From assembly GCA_028723545.1 (NCBI GenBank), contig JAQYER010000119.1, forward strand, positions 1 through 33,719: DNA of 33,719 bases, given 5' to 3'. A program made the position numbers and the translations under genes. Under the pieces are notes generated by a model, which worked only from the letters and a program-made list of their open reading frames with translations, had not been told where the DNA came from and did not search any database. How positions within the stretch are numbered: the first letter of the stretch is position 1; every line of letters starts with the position of its first letter. Of this stretch, positions 16,285 through 23,084 are shown one piece after another. Origin of the DNA: Bacillales bacterium (GTDB lineage: Bacteria; Bacillota_I; Bacilli_A; RFN20; CAG-826).

Positions 16285-17233
16285 TTAAGTCTAAATATTG
16301 TTTATTTAATTTAATTTCAAATGTTTTATTTGATAAATATGATAATTTCCCGCTTACATTTTTAAAGATAATTTTGTATGCGTGCAAAAATTGGTTTTCA
16401 AAATTGTATTGTTCTTTAAATTGGCGGTTAATCGTGAAATTACCGTATTTTGAATCACCAATAATTGGATGATTGATATATGAAAGATGAACACGAATTT
16501 GATGTGTTCTTCCAGTAATTAAATTAACATCTACTAAACTATATTGTTTAAAATTTTGATAAGGAACGACGATGCTTTTTGCAGATAACGCTCCATTTTT
16601 TACATTGCCAACTTTGACTAATCCAGTTTTTTCATTTTTAATTAGTGGAGCGTCAATTTCCATTGGTGAATCTATTTTTCCTACAACTAACGCTAAATAA
16701 TGCTTTTCAAGATTGTTTTTATCTTTTAATAACTGTTCTAATATTTGTAAAGATTCTAAATTTTTAGCAAACATAATAAGACCTGAAGTATTTCGATCTA
16801 ATCGATGAGCAGGTGCGGGAATAAATCCTTTATTATCTTTTGGATTATATTGTCCTTTAAAATATAAATAATTTAATACTTCATTGGCTAAAGTAATTCT
16901 TTTTTCATTTTGATCTCCGTGAACTAACACTCCACGAGGTTTATTAATAATTAATATATTTTCATCTTCATAAACAATCGGATAATTTAAATCTTTTTTC
17001 AAAGCTTCTTTTGGTTTATTAAATTCTTCTAATTGAGAATCAGTTACATATATTGAAACAACATCATTTTCTTGAATAATATAATTTTCTTTTACCCAAT
17101 GACCATTTACTTTAATATCTTTTTTACGAAATAAACGATAAATAAAGCTTAATGGAGCTTCATTTAAGTATTTGCGAACATATTTATCAATTCTTTGATT
17201 TGATTCTAAATTAGTTATAGTAATGTTTTTCAT
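16268..17233 (-). CDS. RluA-family (RluD/RluC-like) 23S rRNA pseudouridine synthase with an S4 domain
   Basis: HRLDRNTSGL and GRTHQIRVH motifs. The ATG at 17233 (MKNITITN...) is preferred because the longer ORF to 17308 runs into tRNA-Ser. Confidence 0.85.
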   Translation of the reverse strand: MKNITITNLESNQRIDKYVRKYLNEAPLSFIYRLFRKKDIKVNGHWVKENYIIQENDVVSIYVTDSQLEEFNKPKEALKKDLNYPIVYEDENILIINKPRGVLVHGDQNEKRITLANEVLNYLYFKGQYNPKDNKGFIPAPAHRLDRNTSGLIMFAKNLESLQILEQLLKDKNNLEKHYLALVVGKIDSPMEIDAPLIKNEKTGLVKVGNVKNGALSAKSIVVPYQNFKQYSLVDVNLITGRTHQIRVHLSYINHPIIGDSKYGNFTINRQFKEQYNFENQFLHAYKIIFKNVSGKLSYLSNKTFEIKLNKQYLDLIKKIS

Positions 17234-17294
17234 AAAATGATTAACAATATTGTATATTGAATTTTTGTTTTTTAACACATATAATTCAAAAAAC

Positions 17295-17383
17295 GGAGAA
17301 TTACCCAAGTGGCTGAAGGGGCGGGCTTGGAAAGCTCGTAGGCTTTAACCGGCGCTGGAGTTCGAATCTCCAATTCTCCGCCA
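17295..17383 (+). tRNA. tRNA-Ser (anticodon GGA), type II, CCA encoded
   Basis: Acceptor GGAGAAT/ATTCTCC, anticodon stem CGGGC/GCTCG, loop TTGGAAA, long variable arm and TTCGAAT T-loop. Confidence 0.9.
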
Positions 17384-17393
17384 TATTAGTAGA

Positions 17394-17437
17394 ATAGGTT
17401 TGATACAATGATTTCTATCAGTATCAAGCCTTTTTTT
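17394..17437 (+). repeat. Left direct repeat (putative attL core)
   Basis: ATAGGTTTGATACAATGATTTCTATCAGTATCAAGCCTTTTTTT. Confidence 0.8.
17397..17437 (+). terminator. tRNA-Ser terminator (also the left direct repeat)
   Basis: AGGTTTGATAC pairs with GTATCAAGCCT (11 bp, one G-U), followed by T7. Confidence 0.7.
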
Positions 17438-17541
17438 GTATTTAGAATAGGTGCGAACTTAGATAATAGGGTAATTCTGGTTTCTTTTTTGATTTCTAGA
17501 CAGCTAATTATTATAAGGATATTAAGAAGCTCTAAATCCTG

Positions 17542-17585
17542 TTTACACGATTTGAGGCTAGGGTGCTAAAAATTTTACACGATTT
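17542..17585 (+). repeat. Left-arm motif cluster: TTTACACGATTT - 7 nt - GGGTGCTAAAAATTTTACACGATTT
   Basis: TTTACACGATTT occurs at 17542-17553 and 17574-17585. GGGTGCTAAAAATT occurs at 17561-17574. Confidence 0.8.
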
Positions 17586-17616
17586 CCAATAAATTGATTT
17601 CATCATCACAGTTTAT

Positions 17617-17653
17617 CCCTCATTTATTCCCTCATTTATTCCCTCATTTTATT
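17617..17653 (+). repeat. Three tandem copies of the 12-nt unit CCCTCATTTATT
   Basis: Copies at 17617-17628 and 17629-17640 are exact. The copy at 17641-17653 has one extra T. The array ends 12 nt before a TGgTAATAT extended -10 for the cargo gene. Confidence 0.85.
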
Positions 17654-17706
17654 TAAAAAATAGTTGGTAATATGATATGATTTACGCATAAAGTGAGGAT
17701 AATAAG

Positions 17707-19119
17707 ATGCAAAAAGATTTCATTTTAGACTTAATAAATAACAATAATGAATGCGAGTGGATTGAATTTAAAGAGAATTGGTTTAATCCAGAGCAACTTG
17801 GTGAGTATATTTCTTCTTTATCAAATGGAGCTGCGCTAAAAGGACAACCATATGGCTATTTTATTTGGGGAGTTCAAGATAAAACAAGAACTATCGTAGG
17901 TACATCATTTAATTATCAAATTGATTATAAAAAAGAGCCTTTAGAAAACTATTTAGCTAGAAATCTTAATCCAAGTATTCACTTTAAATTTGAAGATTAT
18001 AAAGAATTGGGATTAGTCGTTTTAAAAATACCTTGTGCCGAAAAATATCCAACATCATTTAATGGCAAAAGATTTTTGAGAATCGATTCTAGTAAGGCAT
18101 GTTTAAACGATTATCCATATAGAGAAGTGGATCTATTTAAAATATTGAGTGAAGGTAAGCCATCATTAATAAAGGAAGAATCAAATAATCAAGAACTTAC
18201 ATTTGGTGGTTTATTAACTTATTATGCTTCTAAAGGTATATACCTCAATAACGATACATATAAGAAAAATTTGAAGCTAATTACTAACGATAAGTATAAT
18301 AAACTTGCGGAGCTTCTTTCTGATCAAAACCCATATACATTCAGGATCTCTACATTTGCTGGGAAAACAAAAGCTGATGTTCTCTATTCAGTGAAGGATT
18401 ATGGATATAAATGCATATTGTTATCTCTTGAAGAAATCCTATCATACTTTGAAGCAATAAACATTCCTCAAGCTGACGAAGAAAATAGAAAAGTTGAAAG
18501 ACTTGAAACACTTTTGTTTGATCCTGATGCGATTAGAGAAGCTATTGTTAATGCCGTTGTTCATAATAAATGGATTGATGGTAATGCACCTCAAATAGCA
18601 GTATTTACTGACAGAATAGAGATATTATCACATGGTGGAATACCATTTGGTCAAACACAAAAGGGCTTTTTATTAGGTGAAAGTAAACCTGTGAATAATG
18701 AATTATCTGACATATTTTTACAATTACATATTTCAGAAAGAACAGGGCGAGGCGTTCCTACTATCATTAAAGCTTTTGGTGAAAAGTCAATTCGATTCGA
18801 AGATAGCTTTATCATAGTTACCATTCCCTATAATTTTATTAATTCGATTAACACATCTGTTGTGTCAATCGGCACTGGAGTTAAGAATGAGGGAATTAAA
18901 GAAGGAATAACTGAGGGTATAAAATTGTATTTAAATCGAAATCAAGAACGTATTTTAAATGAGATAAGAAATAATCCTAATATCACTACAATAATGCTTG
19001 TTAATAAATTAAATGTAAGTGATGCAACTGTAGAACGTGCTTTAGCATTTTTGAAGAAAAATTCTATCATAAAACGTATCGGCTCAAATAAAACTGGTTA
19101 TTGGGAGGTATTAAAATGA
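17707..19119 (+). CDS. Schlafen/AlbA_2-domain + HATPase_c_4 + C-terminal wHTH protein; this family is often annotated as 'putative transcriptional regulator / RecG-like ATP-binding protein'
   Basis: The N-terminus ECEWIEFKENW...YFIWGVQD fits AlbA_2. REAIVNAVVHNKWIDGNAPQIAVFTDRIEILSHGGIPFG and ...ERTGRGVPTIIKAF fit HATPase_c_4. The C-terminus ILNEIRNNPNITTIMLVNKLNVSDATVERALAFLKKNSIIKRIG is a wHTH. GAGGA RBS. Confidence 0.65.
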   Translation: MQKDFILDLINNNNECEWIEFKENWFNPEQLGEYISSLSNGAALKGQPYGYFIWGVQDKTRTIVGTSFNYQIDYKKEPLENYLARNLNPSIHFKFEDYKELGLVVLKIPCAEKYPTSFNGKRFLRIDSSKACLNDYPYREVDLFKILSEGKPSLIKEESNNQELTFGGLLTYYASKGIYLNNDTYKKNLKLITNDKYNKLAELLSDQNPYTFRISTFAGKTKADVLYSVKDYGYKCILLSLEEILSYFEAINIPQADEENRKVERLETLLFDPDAIREAIVNAVVHNKWIDGNAPQIAVFTDRIEILSHGGIPFGQTQKGFLLGESKPVNNELSDIFLQLHISERTGRGVPTIIKAFGEKSIRFEDSFIIVTIPYNFINSINTSVVSIGTGVKNEGIKEGITEGIKLYLNRNQERILNEIRNNPNITTIMLVNKLNVSDATVERALAFLKKNSIIKRIGSNKTGYWEVLK

Positions 19120-19232
19120 TCAATAGTACCCTATTCGAAGGTGAATTATTATGAACAAATTGTGGCCAGAAAAAATAAAGAGATGCAAACACTAATATCG
19201 AAAGAAGCTACTTTTGATGCTGGTGTAGATAA

Positions 19233-19706
19233 ATTAATATCCCATTGAGAAATATATTATTTGAACAAATCACTCGAATATATAATGAGTTGTCTGTCGA
19301 TGATTTTAGTAAAATGCCATTTAAAAATGCGGATGGATATCATAGTAAGACAATAGCATATTCCATTTGGCATATTTTTAGAATTGAAGATATTGTTGCT
19401 CATGAATTGATTGAATAAAATAATCAAATTCTTTTTACTGATGATTACATAAAAAGAATCAATGCTCCTATTATTACACCTGGTAATGAATTAAAAGGTG
19501 TTGAGATTAGTGAAGTATGGTTAGTTAATTATTGGTGTAGTAAATATATAAAAGGATTAATTCAGATGCCATTTTCTCGCCATTGGATTATGTATATAGA
19601 AGCAATTAATCGAATTAAATCAAAATTATTAACGAAGGGTGCTAACTTTTTTACACGATTTAAAAGTAGAGGTGCTAAAAATTGTATTAAAACATTTCTA
19701 CTTTGA
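19233..19706 (+). pseudogene. DinB-superfamily-like gene remnant
   Basis: A single frame reads ...FEQITRIYNELSVDDFSKMPFKNADGYHSKTIAYSIWHIFRIEDIVAHELIE, then TAA at 19416-19418, then NNQILFTDDYIKRINAPIITPGNEL...FSRHWIMYIEAINRIKS. There is no start codon, the region upstream is frame-shifted, and there is one in-frame stop. Confidence 0.4.
19637..19683 (+). repeat. Right-arm motif cluster: GGGTGCTAACTTTTTTACACGATTT - 9 nt - GGTGCTAAAAATT
   Basis: The same two motifs as at 17542-17585, in the same orientation. Confidence 0.8.
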
Positions 19707-19718
19707 CATATAACGAGC

Positions 19719-19762
19719 ATAGGTTTGATACAATGATTTCAGTCAGTACCAAGCCTTTTTTT
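19719..19762 (+). repeat. Right direct repeat (putative attR core)
   Basis: ATAGGTTTGATACAATGATTTCAGTCAGTACCAAGCCTTTTTTT. It differs from the left copy at 3 positions, one of which breaks the hairpin. Confidence 0.8.
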
Positions 19763-19833
19763 CTTTTAGTTCAATTTAAGGCAAAAGAAAAATGTATTAA
19801 TCAAATGAATCGATCTTTAAGATAATTAATTAT

Positions 19834-19876
19834 AAAAAAGTGTTATAATTTTAAAAAAATTTTAATTTTATAACAC
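19834..19876 (-). terminator. Terminator of the methyltransferase gene
   Basis: GTGTTATAA (19840-19848) pairs with TTATAACAC (19868-19876), with further A/T pairing inside. On the minus strand it is followed by TTTTTTAT. Confidence 0.55.
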
Positions 19877-19927
19877 ATTAATGATAATTCTAATGAATGG
19901 TTTTATGTCACGTAAATAATATTTATA

Positions 19928-20725
19928 TTATTTTTTAACGATATCTAATACATGCGAACTCGCTCCAATAAGATCAGGACGTTCTGCAATTGAAAAATGA
20001 TATTTTACATATTCTTGGAATTGTTCTTCGCTTAATCTTGTTATTGCACTTCTAATATAATCTGACGCTCCATCTTGAGCGATAATTTTATATCTTTTTA
20101 AATTTAATAATCGGTTAAATTCATCAATATCTTCAATTCTCACCATTGTGTATAAATCACCATCAATTGGTTTTGTGTGATAATTTTCATCAAGTTGACC
20201 ATTATTTAAACATTCTAAAATATGTCCTTTCACTATCGCGTAAGTAATAACAGCATATTCATTCATATAATAACTTATTAAAATAAAGCCATCTTTTTTG
20301 GTAATTCTTTTAGCTTCACTTAAAGCTTTTAATTGTTCATCTTTATTTAATAAATGATACATTGGTCCAAACAATAAAGTTACATCAAAAGTATCATCAT
20401 TAAACATTGATAAATCTAAAGCGTTTCCTTGATGAATTTTCACATTCGATTTTTTATTTTTAAAAACATCAATATTGTGTTGAACTAATTCAACTGCGGT
20501 AACATCATATCCTAAAGAATCTAAATAAACACTATATCTTCCAGTACCTGCTCCGATATCAATTATCTTTTTTGATTTATCATTATTTAATATTTCTAAT
20601 ATATATTTGATTGTTGTTAAAAATTCGACTTGTCCATGTCTAGTACTTAAACGGTTTTCTTCTTCGAAATGATTATAATAATCTTCGATAAGGGAAATAT
20701 TAGGATTTGTTGATTTGAAATTCAT
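19928..20725 (-). CDS. Class I SAM-dependent methyltransferase
   Basis: IIDIGAGTGRYSVYL (motif I) and a DVTLLFGPMYHL region. The ATG at 20725 is preferred because the longer ORF would read through the upstream terminator hairpin. Confidence 0.8.
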   Translation of the reverse strand: MNFKSTNPNISLIEDYYNHFEEENRLSTRHGQVEFLTTIKYILEILNNDKSKKIIDIGAGTGRYSVYLDSLGYDVTAVELVQHNIDVFKNKKSNVKIHQGNALDLSMFNDDTFDVTLLFGPMYHLLNKDEQLKALSEAKRITKKDGFILISYYMNEYAVITYAIVKGHILECLNNGQLDENYHTKPIDGDLYTMVRIEDIDEFNRLLNLKRYKIIAQDGASDYIRSAITRLSEEQFQEYVKYHFSIAERPDLIGASSHVLDIVKK

Positions 20726-20742
20726 GATTATATTATAAATAT

Positions 20743-20765
20743 AAAAAAGCACTCTTTCGAGTGCT
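20743..20765 (-). terminator. Terminator of the 22917-20785 operon
   Basis: AGCACTC-TTTC-GAGTGCT, followed on the minus strand by TTTTTTAT. Confidence 0.7.
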
Positions 20766-20784
20766 AATTTATTTTTGTTAATAA

Positions 20785-21186
20785 TTATTCAGCTTTAGGT
20801 TGTTCTACTGGAGTAGCTTCAACAGTTTTTGGAGCGTTAGCAGCTTCGATTGCTTCAAGATTAATTGCTCCATGACGTGAAGCACGGCGTTGGCTTTTTT
20901 CACCAGCGCGATCAGCTTTTTTAGCATTTACGGCAAGAGAGATGACAAACCACGCAATGCCTACTGCGAAAAGGATTAATCCCATGATTCTAAAAAATCC
21001 CCAATCGCCTGTTGACCATTTTAACGCTTCAGCGATTTTAGCATCCGCTTGACGTAAAATAACGGAATTCGCTAAATTTTCAATTAAAGAAACAATAATT
21101 AAAGCAAATCCTGCTAAAGCAATTGTTCCACCACTAATATACCAAGCTAATTCTTTGCCGGAAACTGACACATTTTCTTTTGCCAT
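20785..21186 (-). CDS. Small two-TM membrane protein with a charged Ala/Glu-rich C-terminal tail
   Basis: AGGAGG lies 7 nt before the ATG at 21186 (MAKENVSVSGK...). Two hydrophobic helices, tail ...KKADRAGEKSQRRASRHGAINLEAIEAANAPKTVEATPVEQPKAE. No family recognised. Confidence 0.6.
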   Translation of the reverse strand: MAKENVSVSGKELAWYISGGTIALAGFALIIVSLIENLANSVILRQADAKIAEALKWSTGDWGFFRIMGLILFAVGIAWFVISLAVNAKKADRAGEKSQRRASRHGAINLEAIEAANAPKTVEATPVEQPKAE

Positions 21187-21215
21187 AATAATCCTCCTAC
21201 TCAATCAAGAGTTTA

Positions 21216-22067
21216 TTAAGCTTGTGGTTGGGCTTTTTGAGCTTCAGCACGAGCTTCTTCAATAAATTGATTCATGAATGGAATATAACATCCTTTCCAT
21301 TCATTTTCCCATCTAATTAAATGGTCAATAATAATTTTCTTTAATTCAGAAATAACTTGACCAAAGTTTTTACCTACAGGTAAATCACGTCTTCCACTAG
21401 TCATTTCAATAAGAGCGAATAATGGATCAACTACTTCATAATAATCTGATGAAGTAATGTGTGATTTTTGTCTTGTTAAATTGCAAAGATTAACAACTTT
21501 TGAAAGGTCATTTTGAATGAAATTAGATTGTGGAGTAATTCCGCCTTTAGCTTCTTGTCTTGCTTTATTGTATTCAGCGAATAAATAATCTAATTCATCA
21601 AGTAATAAACGGAATGCAAATCCACGATAATATAATTCATCGATTTTAAGAACTTGTTCTAAGACATTTTTTTCAAATTGTTGATTTTGAATCGCTCCAC
21701 TAACATGAGCATTAACAATGTCGTTAATAACTTCGTGTAATTGAATAGTTTGCTCTAAGATTGTAATATTTTGAGCGTGATCAACTGAAATTCCTTCTTG
21801 ACGATCTTTAACGATTGTTGAATCATCACCATAAATTTCATCATAGAAATTATTGATTTGTTCAAATACTTTTTGTCCTTGTTCACCAGAATTATCTAAG
21901 CAAACTTTTAAAGGTGTTTGATTTTCAATTTCGAGTTTTACTTCTTTTTTGCGAAGATCATAGAATTTTTTATCGTAACTTTCTTTACGAATGGCATATT
22001 CTAATGTGCCACGGATGACGTCATTATAATGAAGTAATGACGCGATTGTTTTTGAATAATTATTCAT
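21216..22067 (-). CDS. Hypothetical soluble, predicted-helical protein (about 283 aa)
   Basis: Long ORF whose ATG at 22067 sits inside the last codons of the upstream HAD gene (gATGAATAA), with GAAGGAAGGA upstream. No motif recognised. Confidence 0.6.
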   Translation of the reverse strand: MNNYSKTIASLLHYNDVIRGTLEYAIRKESYDKKFYDLRKKEVKLEIENQTPLKVCLDNSGEQGQKVFEQINNFYDEIYGDDSTIVKDRQEGISVDHAQNITILEQTIQLHEVINDIVNAHVSGAIQNQQFEKNVLEQVLKIDELYYRGFAFRLLLDELDYLFAEYNKARQEAKGGITPQSNFIQNDLSKVVNLCNLTRQKSHITSSDYYEVVDPLFALIEMTSGRRDLPVGKNFGQVISELKKIIIDHLIRWENEWKGCYIPFMNQFIEEARAEAQKAQPQA

Positions 22068-22917
22068 CAATTTTTCCTTCCTTCTTCATGACATAGTTTT
22101 CTAGGTCTTTGAATTTTTTCAACGTATGGCTAGCATACTTCGAAACCGATAGCGGTGCGTGAGCCATACAGAAACTGTTTTCTTTATATTCATTAAACAT
22201 GGATATGTCGTTACCAGAATCACCAACGACATAAATGTCGCTGTGATTAATATTAAAGTATTCTTCGTAAAATTTCAATCCATTAGCTTTAGAACATCCT
22301 TTTGGAGTAATTTCAATCATTTCTCCAGACCAGCTAAATTCAACTGAATCTTTGAATACTTCACGTAACTCTTTGTTGGCTTGTTTAGCTCTTTCTTTGT
22401 TTTTTTCACCTAAGCCAAACATAACCATAATCTTATAAACTTTACCATGATTGATTTCATTAATAAAACCAGTTTTTGAAATAGTGAATTTATCATTATA
22501 TACTCCTTGGAAGAAACTCCAAAGATTGTAACCAATATAATAAAACAATGTATCGAAATTGTATTTTGATAAAAATTCTTTATCTTCGCTCATTAACCAT
22601 ACCGCGCGTAATTTATAATGAGATTCCAAATATTCAATCACTGGATTAATATCGTTTGGATTAAAATAATCATCTTTTATTTTCTTTCCATCATGAACGA
22701 TAAATGAAGAATTACATCCAATAAAATCAACAGGTCTTTTTAATCTTTTAATGATGAGATTATTCGCGCGAATATTTCTTCCAGTAACACAGACGACTCT
22801 ATTTCCTGCATCGATAAATTTTCTTAAAAATCTAACAGATTTGCTAGAAATTAATCTTCTTGTTCTTTTAGGATAGAAAAGCGTTCCATCTAAATCAGTA
22901 GCTATTACTTTACACAT
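22060..22917 (-). CDS. Cof-type HAD-IIB phosphatase
   Basis: ATDLDGTLF motif I and GDSGNDISMF motif IV. Confidence 0.85.
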   Translation of the reverse strand: MCKVIATDLDGTLFYPKRTRRLISSKSVRFLRKFIDAGNRVVCVTGRNIRANNLIIKRLKRPVDFIGCNSSFIVHDGKKIKDDYFNPNDINPVIEYLESHYKLRAVWLMSEDKEFLSKYNFDTLFYYIGYNLWSFFQGVYNDKFTISKTGFINEINHGKVYKIMVMFGLGEKNKERAKQANKELREVFKDSVEFSWSGEMIEITPKGCSKANGLKFYEEYFNINHSDIYVVGDSGNDISMFNEYKENSFCMAHAPLSVSKYASHTLKKFKDLENYVMKKEGKIDE

Positions 22918-23038
22918 AACTTTTTATATTCTAAATATAAAATAAATTTTTATCAATATAAATCAAATTATTATTCAATAATTATTGATAATAATCGCAT
23001 AATTAATTGAAAATATCTGACAAAACGCCATTGCCATT

Positions 23039-23065
23039 AAAAAAGAGGTAGCTTTCGCCGCCTCT
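23039..23065 (-). terminator. hpf terminator
   Basis: On the minus strand AGAGGCGGC-GAAA-GCTACCTCT (one mismatch) is followed by TTTTTTAAT. Confidence 0.6.
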
Positions 23066-23084
23066 ATAAATTGATAGATATAAA

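Larger units (their letters stand above)
17394..19762 (+). mobile_element. Integrase-less integrated islet (CIME-like or decayed genomic island) at the tRNA-Ser 3' flank
   Basis: 44-nt direct repeats at 17394-17437 and 19719-19762 are 41/44 identical. Repeated arm motifs lie inside both ends. The cargo is one intact gene and one pseudogene, with no recombinase ORF. Confidence 0.45.

Noticed and set aside
16268-17308. Full-length 346-aa version of the pseudouridine synthase ORF
   Set aside because: Its first 25 codons overlap the tRNA-Ser gene (from 17295) on the opposite strand. The internal ATG at 17233 begins the S4 domain, so the shorter form was chosen.
17617-17653. Tandem 12-mers here and at 33040-33076 as a possible CRISPR array
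   Set aside because: The units abut with no spacers, are only 11-14 nt long, have just three copies and have no cas genes nearby. These are not CRISPR arrays.
19116-19154. 12-codon ORF (MINSTLFEGELL) overlapping the cargo gene stop via ATGA
   Set aside because: It is too short to assess and is followed by frame-shifted debris. It is most simply the residual 5' end of the decayed downstream gene rather than a functional peptide.
19928-20752. Longer start (20752) for the methyltransferase
   Set aside because: The extra 9 codons would be translated from the terminator hairpin and T-run of the upstream operon. The ATG at 20725 follows a TATAAT.
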